The notes beneath the pieces were generated by a model. That model was not told the origin of the DNA, searched no databases, and saw nothing but the letters and a program-made list of their open reading frames with translations. A DNA stretch of 64,000 nt from Patescibacteria group bacterium (GTDB lineage: Bacteria; Patescibacteriota; Microgenomatia; Levybacterales; UBA12049): NCBI GenBank assembly GCA_026004395.1, contig BPJB01000001.1, positions 161,370-225,369 of the forward strand, given 5' to 3'. Below, in pieces: positions 56,617-64,000 of the stretch. Position 1 is the first letter of the stretch. Every line of letters begins with the position of its first letter. The position numbers were made by a program, and so were the translations under genes.

Positions 56617-57897
56617 TTATTTATAAAACATCAGAGGGAAATGAACGAGCGAATCTTTTGCTTCTTTAAGATTATACGCGGATTGCGCATATAATGTATA
56701 GAGAACATCACCCTTTCTCACTTTCTCTCCAATTTTTTTATCTAAGTAAATACCTGCTTTTTTGGCATCTGGAGCGCCTAAGATTTTGGCTATAATAGTT
56801 GCATTCTTGCTATGAATTTTTCTGATAGTTCCTTCTGCTTTTGCAAGTACTTTATAGGAATATTTTCCTGGCTTCAAGCTAAGAGATGTGACATTGGGGT
56901 TTCCTCCTTGAGCTTCAATAATTTCTCGCATTTTGGCAAGTGCTTTTCCTGATGATAGGATCTGACGAGCCCACTCGTGTCCACTACCATACTCTTTTTT
57001 TATTTTTTCTTTGAGTTCTTTTGATGAATCTTCAAGACAAAGTTCAAGAAGCGCGCCTGCAAGGTTAAGTGCACGCTCTTCAAGGTCAAAAGGGCGATTT
57101 TCTCTTTGTTCAAGAACCATCAGAGATTCACGGCATTCAAGTAGAGGTCCAATACCACGTCCAGCTGGTTCATCAGTTTTATGTATCAGGACACGGATCT
57201 TGATCCCAAAACGTTTTGCTAATTTTTCAAACTTATGTTGAAGAAGCTCTGCGTCTTTGAGTTTATGTACCTTGACCATTTCTCCATAAGGAAGGTCAAT
57301 AACTACATGAGTTGATCCAAAGGCAATTTTTTTAGCCATTATAGAAACAAGAATCTTATCATAACTTTCAAACAAAAGAGGTTCTTCCACTTTGATAATT
57401 ACATCATCAGCAGGTGCAATGTTGAAACTTCCTCCCCAGACAATACACCCATTTGTTTTTTTGACAATGTCATAAATTTGCTGTTTAGTAAACTCAACAT
57501 TTGCTAATATTTCCATGTCATCTGCTGTTCCACTAGGAGTTGTAATAGCTCTACTGGAACTTTTGGGAATCTTAAATCCAGCGGCAGCGACTATGGGGAC
57601 GACAATAAGTGTTGTTCTTGTGCCTGGAACACCACCAATTGAGTGTTTATCTGCAACAATGCCAGAAAAATGTAGTTTTTCACCTGTTTCGACCATTGCC
57701 TTAGTAAGATAATAAATCTCCTGATCAGTAAATCCTTTAGAATATCCTGATGCAGCAAAGTAGGTAGTGAGCACATCTCCAAGTCTTTCATTAGCAATTT
57801 CATCCATAATTGCATAAATTTCAGTGTAGGAAAGTTTTTTACCAATAAGTTTTTTTTGTATTGCCTTCAATGCAAGATTTGTGCGATTTTTGTCCAT
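56617..57897 (-). CDS. Thymidine/pyrimidine-nucleoside phosphorylase family protein (possibly AMP phosphorylase)
   Basis: …HSIGGVPGTRTTLIVVPIVAAAGFKIPKSSSRAITTPSGTADDMEIL… is the glycosyl-transferase family 3 core, with a C-terminal PYNP domain. I took the start at MDKNRTNL; the ORF track extends 35 aa further to 58002. Confidence 0.75.
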   Translation of the reverse strand: MDKNRTNLALKAIQKKLIGKKLSYTEIYAIMDEIANERLGDVLTTYFAASGYSKGFTDQEIYYLTKAMVETGEKLHFSGIVADKHSIGGVPGTRTTLIVVPIVAAAGFKIPKSSSRAITTPSGTADDMEILANVEFTKQQIYDIVKKTNGCIVWGGSFNIAPADDVIIKVEEPLLFESYDKILVSIMAKKIAFGSTHVVIDLPYGEMVKVHKLKDAELLQHKFEKLAKRFGIKIRVLIHKTDEPAGRGIGPLLECRESLMVLEQRENRPFDLEERALNLAGALLELCLEDSSKELKEKIKKEYGSGHEWARQILSSGKALAKMREIIEAQGGNPNVTSLSLKPGKYSYKVLAKAEGTIRKIHSKNATIIAKILGAPDAKKAGIYLDKKIGEKVRKGDVLYTLYAQSAYNLKEAKDSLVHFPLMFYK

Positions 57898-58036
57898 CAC
57901 ATTTCTCCTCGTATTTGCTTGTACGCAAAAATAATTATTGAGCGAATTAGATTGAGTACAAAATATAAGGCACCATTTATAAGACGATAAACTCTTGGCC
58001 AAATAGCTTTAAGATAAGCTAGTAATTTTTCTTTAT

Positions 58037-58756
58037 TCATATGATACGTGCTTGAACTATCAGCCTCATCCACGTTGTTCCCGGAGGAGTACAGGTGACA
58101 AGAGTAAGATAATTATCATCATAATTTTGAGAAAAGAAAGATGTATCGTTAGGATCTGTGATTGTGATTTTATAAATTCGATATGTATAGTTTACCCCAT
58201 CTATTGTCAATTCGACAAGATCCCCAACTGTTAAGGTATGAAGGTTAGCGAAAATGGTTTTATAATCCTTGGGATTGTATAGCTGTGGAAGTGTTGAGTG
58301 TCCGAAAATAACTGCATTGCCTTTATTGGGTGGTACTGATGTACCTCCGTAATGAACAAGGTGCTGAGAAAGATCATTATCAACAACAGAAACAATTGCT
58401 TTCTGAATAGAGAGTTTGGGGATACTTAAGTAATATTGCGTAACAGATGAGCTAGTTTTTCCTGCATTAAAACTAGGGTACCAATTTCTCGCATTGGTGT
58501 AATCTACTCCAGTTACAGCATCTGTTGTAGATCTGATAAAATTTTTGATTGATGACTCACTAATTACTGTTGTTTTGGGTATAGGTGTTACCACTCCTTG
58601 TTGTGCAAAAACAGGGTGAAGATAGAGCTGAAAAGAGATAAACGGAAATGAAACATAAGCAACTATAACCACCCCTAGACAACATACTAGAAGACTAAGG
58701 ATGCGGATAAATTTTCTGATATTATGTCGTTTTTCTTTTTTATAGAATCTAATCAT
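58037..58756 (-). CDS. Sortase-family transpeptidase (membrane-anchored)
   Basis: N-terminal TM. …NAVIFGHSTLP… carries the catalytic His, …LTLVTCTPPG… the TLxTC Cys motif, and a downstream Arg (…WMRLIV…). Confidence 0.75.
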   Translation of the reverse strand: MIRFYKKEKRHNIRKFIRILSLLVCCLGVVIVAYVSFPFISFQLYLHPVFAQQGVVTPIPKTTVISESSIKNFIRSTTDAVTGVDYTNARNWYPSFNAGKTSSSVTQYYLSIPKLSIQKAIVSVVDNDLSQHLVHYGGTSVPPNKGNAVIFGHSTLPQLYNPKDYKTIFANLHTLTVGDLVELTIDGVNYTYRIYKITITDPNDTSFFSQNYDDNYLTLVTCTPPGTTWMRLIVQARII

Positions 58757-61070
58757 TAGTCTTTACAATAATAGTGATATTTTCTTTGGAACGAGGAAGA
58801 ATTTTGGATATCAATGGAATATTGGGTGACAATGTGATTTGTATATTCTTGATTTGAGGAATTGTCGTCTTAAGATATGCTTGTGCGTCATCAACAGATT
58901 TTCCTGTAAGGTTTTGAGTTATGAGTGAAGTATTCATTTTGGGTAAAAGATTGGCATGCATAATGAGAGTTGCCTGAACAGCGTCTTTTTCTTTTTTAAT
59001 ATCTTCAAGTTTTGCCTCAACTCCTTTGGAAGAGAGTGCAAGATCTTCGGAATATTTTCCCTTCAGAGCAACTTCTGCTAACTGTTGTATATCAGAGGTG
59101 TTATAAACAAGAGTTGTAAAGACAACTGTTCCTTTTAATGTCACTTTTTTAGTTTCTTCTCCAACATCTTTATCAAAAGATTTTTTAGTTAAGGTGATTG
59201 AGGTAAAGGCTGGAATGGCCTCTTGTCCACTGCGCAATTTAGCAGTAACTGCATTTTTTGCTTTCTCTTCAAGCGTTTGAGGAAGATTGGTAACTAAAAA
59301 ATTAATATCTTTTTGGGAGACTACGGTTATCTCTTTTTTTGATCCTCCTTGAAAAGCAGAATCATTTTTAGCAATAACCATTGTTTGAGGCTCGTTAGCG
59401 ACCTGAAACTTAGTTCCTGAAGGGAGATTATATTCTTTACCAATATCTTTTGCAGTGACTCCTACTTTGGCAGTACTTGATTTTATTTGACTTGCATCTC
59501 CTGAAGCAGAAGCAACAGTCACAGCTTCATCTAAAAGAAAAATTAAGTCATTTGAGGAGGTCAGAGTTGTGCCTTTAGGAAGAGAAATGCTTTTACTTAT
59601 ATTACTATTGTAGATTGTTACAGTACCTTTTGCTTTTTCTCCCACCTCTTTTTTGCCGGTTGCATCTGTTGTTAATGATCCTTCTAAAGATACCTCAATT
59701 TCTTTTGCAGAGAGAATTAATTGGGAAAAATCATTGGGAGAGCCGCTGCGTATGGTAATCTCTGCTTTCTCTTCAATTTCTTTCGGCTCTATCTCAAGTA
59801 ATACTTGCGCTTTTAATGAGGAGATATAAACAACCACACCACTAATCAAGAGAAGGAGAATTATTGTTAAGATAATGATCCCTTTGCTTCTTTTAAAGAT
59901 TATCAAAGTGTTTATACTCCATTGCCATAATGATGAAAAGTTAATCCTAGAGAAAATACTTAAAGATAGTAAAGAAAAAAATGATCGCTTTTTCTCTGTT
60001 TTGCTTTTTGTTTCCCACGCCGTTTGAGAAGATAGAGCAGTATTTTGTTGAGAATTATTGATAGTAAATTTGGGAGAATTTCTTTCTTGCATAGATAATT
60101 TTTCATGAGGAGAAGATATCTTGGAAATATCATCATCTATAACAAATCCGAAGTTATCTGCTGTGTAGAGGTTTTTATCTGAAGTATGCTTTTGTTTTGT
60201 AGAAAATGTGGATTCATCTGTTGATTCAATGGACTCTGTTTCATCTTCTCTCTCGTTTTCCAATGTATTATCAGTTGCTCTAGTTTCTTTTGAAAACTCA
60301 GTTTTAGTATCTTCGATTAGTGCCATTCCCATTTGTTCAGCAGCACCAACAACAATTGATTCTTGGTCAAATCCTTTTGGCAGAGTAGAAATTTGTGGAA
60401 CGTGTAAAAATGGGATACTTTTACTCCACTGAAAACTCATGAATTCCTGAAGCAAAGAGTCATTGTCCTCTACACCAAGAAGAATTATCCGTGAAGGGAG
60501 AACATCAACTGTAAAATGATGTAAAAGTATATCTACTGTTTTGGTAATTTCATCTTTGATTTCACTAGTATGCTGTTCAAGTATTCTTCCTGCTCTAAAC
60601 AGTGTGAGTGTGACCTGTTTTTTACCAATTTCTGCAAGAATTCCTGAGAGAGGAGCACCTTCTTCTTTTTGAAGAAGATTGGCAATTGCTTCGCTTATGA
60701 CGATAAAACCGATCGGGGATAGTGATAATGACTCACAAATTTTTTTAAGTTTGGTTAAATACTCTTTTTTTATTTTTTTTCCCTCTACCCAGCTATTTTT
60801 CACGCCAAAGATTGTTTTTTCAGTTTCGATATCCGCTGCTATAGTTTCTTCAGCAGTGCTTATTGCTTTATCAAGTGTTTCTAATAATTCTTCTTCCGAT
60901 AGATCTTCAAGAGTAGTAGATAGAACTTCTTCACCTTTTCCTACTATAGAGATTTTACCTTCTTTGGCTTGAAGGATCACAGCCACAATTTTCTCATCCT
61001 TTAACAGTAAGGTTAAATAATAATCTGAGTTATCTTTTTTTTTGAATAGACTAGGCAAGGGCAGTTTCAT
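58749..61070 (-). CDS. Large bitopic membrane protein: cytoplasmic N-domain (FtsA/PilM-like actin-fold, very tentative), acidic S-rich linker, single TM, ~370-aa extracytoplasmic beta-rich domain
   Basis: A 773-aa protein with a TM at …IILTIILLLLISGVVVYISSL…. The N-terminus …YYLTLLLKDEKIVAVILQAKEGKISIVGKGEEV… resembles the first strand-hairpin of actin-like ATPases. There is no LPXTG at the C-terminus. Confidence 0.35.
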   Translation of the reverse strand: MKLPLPSLFKKKDNSDYYLTLLLKDEKIVAVILQAKEGKISIVGKGEEVLSTTLEDLSEEELLETLDKAISTAEETIAADIETEKTIFGVKNSWVEGKKIKKEYLTKLKKICESLSLSPIGFIVISEAIANLLQKEEGAPLSGILAEIGKKQVTLTLFRAGRILEQHTSEIKDEITKTVDILLHHFTVDVLPSRIILLGVEDNDSLLQEFMSFQWSKSIPFLHVPQISTLPKGFDQESIVVGAAEQMGMALIEDTKTEFSKETRATDNTLENEREDETESIESTDESTFSTKQKHTSDKNLYTADNFGFVIDDDISKISSPHEKLSMQERNSPKFTINNSQQNTALSSQTAWETKSKTEKKRSFFSLLSLSIFSRINFSSLWQWSINTLIIFKRSKGIIILTIILLLLISGVVVYISSLKAQVLLEIEPKEIEEKAEITIRSGSPNDFSQLILSAKEIEVSLEGSLTTDATGKKEVGEKAKGTVTIYNSNISKSISLPKGTTLTSSNDLIFLLDEAVTVASASGDASQIKSSTAKVGVTAKDIGKEYNLPSGTKFQVANEPQTMVIAKNDSAFQGGSKKEITVVSQKDINFLVTNLPQTLEEKAKNAVTAKLRSGQEAIPAFTSITLTKKSFDKDVGEETKKVTLKGTVVFTTLVYNTSDIQQLAEVALKGKYSEDLALSSKGVEAKLEDIKKEKDAVQATLIMHANLLPKMNTSLITQNLTGKSVDDAQAYLKTTIPQIKNIQITLSPNIPLISKILPRSKENITIIVKTND

Positions 61071-61079
61071 ATAGACTTT

Positions 61080-62987
61080 TTATGAGTTGTTATTACGTTG
61101 ATCGTTGTTGACAATCGCATAAATACGCTTCTGATTTTTTCCTAAATTCTCTTGTTTAATTATCTTAAATGATTTTAGCACGCCTGTAAATTCTACATGA
61201 GGTCCACCGCAAAACTCTATGGAATAAGCATTTTTATAGGATTTTGATGTATCTCCAATAAAGTAGATTTTCGATTTTTCTCCATAGGTGTCCATAAAAA
61301 GCCCTATAGCACCCATTTTATATGCTTCTTCTGTCGGAATAAGCTCATAATGTACTGGTAGATTCTCTTTTATCTTTTGATTAACTATATTTTCCACTTG
61401 TCGTAATTCTTCATCTGTGAGTTTTCTGTCAAAATTAAAATCAAAGCGAATTCTTTCACTTGTTATATTGGAACCTGTTTGGTGAACATGCTTGCCAAGT
61501 ACATCCCGAAGAGCTTGATGGAGAAGATGAGTTGCGGTATGTCCCATGATGGTTTTTTCTGAGTGATCAGCTAGACCTCCTCTAAACATTCCAGCAGATG
61601 CTGTTCGAGAAAGTTCACGATGTTTTTGCAGAGCTTCATCAAATTTCTTTCTGTCTATTGTTTTATGATGTTCTTTTGCAAGTTCCTCAATAAGTTCGAT
61701 AGGGAATCCGTGTGTTTGGTAGAGGTCAAAAGCGACTTCATCTAAGCGATGAATATTTTTTTCAAATTCTTGAAGACCTTTTTTTAGCGTTTTACTAAAT
61801 TTCTCTATTTCTTCTTTTATAACTGTTGAAATTAGTTCGTGATGTTTCTTGATACTTAATTTTTCATCGAGGGTTTCTTCTAGTCGTAGGACTACAGAGG
61901 CAACTTCTGTAAGCTTTGTGATTTGTTCTTCGCCTGCGATTTGATACATCTTTACAGCAGCACGTCGCAAAAGACGACGCAAGACGTATCCTTGTGCTTT
62001 GTTTGAAGGTATTACGCCGTCAACAATCAGAAATGTTGCAGCTTTTATATGATCAGCAATAATGCGCATTGGAGGTTGATATTTTTTATCCTCATAAGAT
62101 TTATAAGAGATGTCCGCAATTTTTGTAATAATTTCTTTATATAGGTCTGTTAGGAAAATATCCGGATTATCATTGAGAGCCGCTGCTAATCTTTCTAATC
62201 CACCTCCAAAATCCACGTTTTTTTGAGGTAACTCTTTAAATGAACCGTCAGCTTGTTTTTGATATTGCATAAAGACTGAATTACCAATCTCCAAAAATCT
62301 TCCACAATCACAATTAGGATGACATTCTTTGCCAAATGATACATCATGAGGTGTCCCAAAATCATAGAAAACTTCTGAGTCAGGTCCTCCTGGCTCTCCC
62401 ACTGGCATTTTATCAGGAGTACCAGCTCTACTCCACCAGTTTTTTGTTTCATCATAAGCAAAAATTCTCCCTCCACGCATTCCTATCTGATATGCATTTT
62501 CTTGACTACCCAGTTCTACAAATTTGGCAGAGATACCTTTTTCTTGAAAAAGTTGCGTCCATATGGCAATACTTTCAGTATCCTTGGGGATATATTCATT
62601 GCCTGAAAAAACTGTCACATAGAGTTTCCGTGGGTCAAGACCAAGACCAACATCTTTGTCTGTTAAAAAAGTGAAAAACCAGTTGAGTTGTTCACTTTTA
62701 AAGTAATCACCAAGACTCCAATTACCTAGCATTCTAAAAAAAGTTGTATGTCTATTGTCTCCAACTTCATCAATATCTTGAGATCTTAGGCAGTTTTGCA
62801 CATTGACTAGACGTTTTCCTGATGGATGTTCTTCTCCCAACAAATAAGGAAGTAGTGCCTGCATTCCTGAGCTTGTAAATAGCGTTGTTGGATCATTAAT
62901 TAGAACAAGTGGCGCATTAGCAATTCTTTTATGATCTCGTTTTTCAAAAAAAGTAATATAACGATTAAGTATTTCGCGTGCTTTCAT
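61080..62987 (-). CDS. alaS: Alanyl-tRNA synthetase, short form (catalytic, tRNA-recognition and editing domains; no C-Ala domain)
   Basis: …DPTTLFTSSGMQ… (class II motif region), …FLEIGNSVFMQY…, and the editing-domain …GHTATHLLHQALRDVLGKHVHQTGS… (HxxxH) plus …CGGPHV…. Length 635 aa. Confidence 0.85.
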   Translation of the reverse strand: MKAREILNRYITFFEKRDHKRIANAPLVLINDPTTLFTSSGMQALLPYLLGEEHPSGKRLVNVQNCLRSQDIDEVGDNRHTTFFRMLGNWSLGDYFKSEQLNWFFTFLTDKDVGLGLDPRKLYVTVFSGNEYIPKDTESIAIWTQLFQEKGISAKFVELGSQENAYQIGMRGGRIFAYDETKNWWSRAGTPDKMPVGEPGGPDSEVFYDFGTPHDVSFGKECHPNCDCGRFLEIGNSVFMQYQKQADGSFKELPQKNVDFGGGLERLAAALNDNPDIFLTDLYKEIITKIADISYKSYEDKKYQPPMRIIADHIKAATFLIVDGVIPSNKAQGYVLRRLLRRAAVKMYQIAGEEQITKLTEVASVVLRLEETLDEKLSIKKHHELISTVIKEEIEKFSKTLKKGLQEFEKNIHRLDEVAFDLYQTHGFPIELIEELAKEHHKTIDRKKFDEALQKHRELSRTASAGMFRGGLADHSEKTIMGHTATHLLHQALRDVLGKHVHQTGSNITSERIRFDFNFDRKLTDEELRQVENIVNQKIKENLPVHYELIPTEEAYKMGAIGLFMDTYGEKSKIYFIGDTSKSYKNAYSIEFCGGPHVEFTGVLKSFKIIKQENLGKNQKRIYAIVNNDQRNNNS

Positions 62988-63214
62988 GCTCTTATTATAT
63001 CATGAGCTTAGATATTGCCATTTTTTATGTTTTCAAGATTGAAAAGATCTGACGTTTTTTTACATAATTGGATTGGTTGCAAGAGGAAGATTATTACTCT
63101 GGTTAATTTTTTCTATAATGATTATTATAATAAAAAATAAGACAAATAAGACGTGTAGCTCGTAATCAAAATAAGTCTCAAGATATCGGATAACAGATGA
63201 ATTTAAAAAAGGTA

Positions 63215-63244
63215 TTGACATACTCAATGAGTATATGCTATACA
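63215..63244 (+). promoter_or_regulatory. Putative rpoB promoter (TTGACA, 18 nt, TATACA) overlapping a 7-bp inverted repeat (ATACTCA a TGAGTAT)
   Basis: TTGACA at 63215-63220, an inverted repeat at 63220-63234, and a -10-like TATACA at 63239-63244, about 95 nt upstream of the rpoB ATG. Confidence 0.3.
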
Positions 63245-63336
63245 TAGTGGCATAGATATCCCTAAGATGCAAGGGTTAGATCCCTTTGCGTCTTTTGTCG
63301 TTTATTTAAATATCTGCCCTAGATTTAATAAAACCG

Positions 63337-64000
63337 ATGCCAAAGTCAAAATCAGACAACAATTCAATTATTCGTCATAACTGGGGTAAACATTACTCAT
63401 CTTTACCAAAATTAGATTTGCTCGCTCTTCAAAAGACTTCCTATAAAAATTTTCTTGATAATCAAATTGGACAAATTCTTCAAGAGGTCTCTCCTATAGA
63501 TGATTTCACGGGGAAGAATTGGAGTCTAACCTTTGGTGAATATAGAATTGGAGAACCATCTAATACCCCTGAGAACGCCTTCTTAAAAGGACTTACTTAT
63601 GATGCTCCTCTTTATGTGAAGGTTAGATTGACAAATTTGAGAACTAACACAACTCACGATGCTGAAGTGTTTTTAGGGGATATTCCTCAAATGACTCAGC
63701 AAGGCACGTTTATTATCAACGGTATTGAACGAGCAGTTGTGAGTCAAATAGTTCGTTCTCCGGGTGTTTTCTTTACTGCATCCCAAGATCCTGCAACAGG
63801 AAAGACATTGTACTCTGCTGAGATTAGACCATCACATGGATCTTGGCTTGAGTTTTCAACAACACGTTATGGAACAATCACGGTTAAGATTGATAGGCGT
63901 CGAAAATTCTTAGCAACGACCTTCCTTCGAGCTATTGGTATCTCCTCCAATGACTCAATAAAAGAAAGGTTTGCAGATCTGGAAGAAACAGAGAATGGAT
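63337..64000 (+). CDS. rpoB: DNA-directed RNA polymerase subunit beta, N-terminal part (continues past window end)
   Basis: MPKSKSDNNSIIRHNWGKHYSSLPKLDLLALQKTSYKNFLD……GTFIINGIERAVVSQIVRSPGVFF… is the canonical RpoB N-terminus. The frame stays open to the window edge. Confidence 0.9.
   Translation, partial: MPKSKSDNNSIIRHNWGKHYSSLPKLDLLALQKTSYKNFLDNQIGQILQEVSPIDDFTGKNWSLTFGEYRIGEPSNTPENAFLKGLTYDAPLYVKVRLTNLRTNTTHDAEVFLGDIPQMTQQGTFIINGIERAVVSQIVRSPGVFFTASQDPATGKTLYSAEIRPSHGSWLEFSTTRYGTITVKIDRRRKFLATTFLRAIGISSNDSIKERFADLEETENG

Noticed and set aside
63060-63272. A 70-aa ORF on the minus strand between alaS and rpoB.
   Set aside because: It is low-complexity (a run of isoleucines) and overlaps the putative rpoB promoter region. 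It is most likely not a gene.
1-64000. An alternative genetic code, for example UGA recoding as in some CPR lineages (Gracilibacteria/Absconditabacteria).
   Set aside because: Long housekeeping genes (dnaK, pnp, infB, ftsK, the Hsp100s, the 5.4 kb giant ORF) are uninterrupted under the standard code and end at positions consistent with their homologs.

Overview
This 64 kb window looks like a low-GC (about 35%) bacterial chromosome segment using the standard genetic code. The small, compact proteins, a class I lysyl-tRNA synthetase, a short AlaRS and IF-2, and Gram-positive-like envelope proteins (sortase, S/P/T-rich linkers, a WecA/GT-C/GT2 cluster) suggest a Candidate Phyla Radiation (Patescibacteria)-type organism; that placement is an inference. 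Most of the window is housekeeping: uvrD/pcrA (partial), sigma-70, rmuC, tsaD, greA, murB, lysK, tatD, metG, hrcA-grpE-dnaK-dnaJ behind a CIRCE operator, nusA-infB, rpsO-pnp, rnj, ftsK, rodZ-like, mltG, alaS and rpoB (partial). I saw no rRNA, tRNA or CRISPR array.

The stretch that stands out is 29.5-42 kb:
- a 97-aa two-helix membrane protein;
- a 1808-aa polytopic membrane protein made of three ~1.4 kb super-repeats of a new ~40-aa helical repeat;
- a ClpA/C-like Hsp100 that appears to lack a ClpP-docking loop;
- a small multi-TM protein;
- a membrane-anchored Hsp100 paralog whose first ATPase domain is degenerate;
- a TM-anchored vWA (MIDAS) protein.

I read this as a candidate envelope-associated system of unknown function. 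The first two proteins resemble T4SS VirB2/VirB6, but no T4SS ATPases are in the window.

Other oddities:
- a DapF-fold epimerase with insertions sitting in a three-gene block of unknowns;
- a UbiA (polyprenyl-P-sugar), WecA, GT-C, GT2 (QxxRW) glycan cluster;
- a Lon-derived AAA+ module with neither the N-terminal nor the protease domain, whose start codon sits in a 10-bp inverted repeat;
- a DHH-family pseudo-enzyme where rbfA/truB would be expected;
- a sigma-70 missing the conserved region-2 tryptophan dyad.
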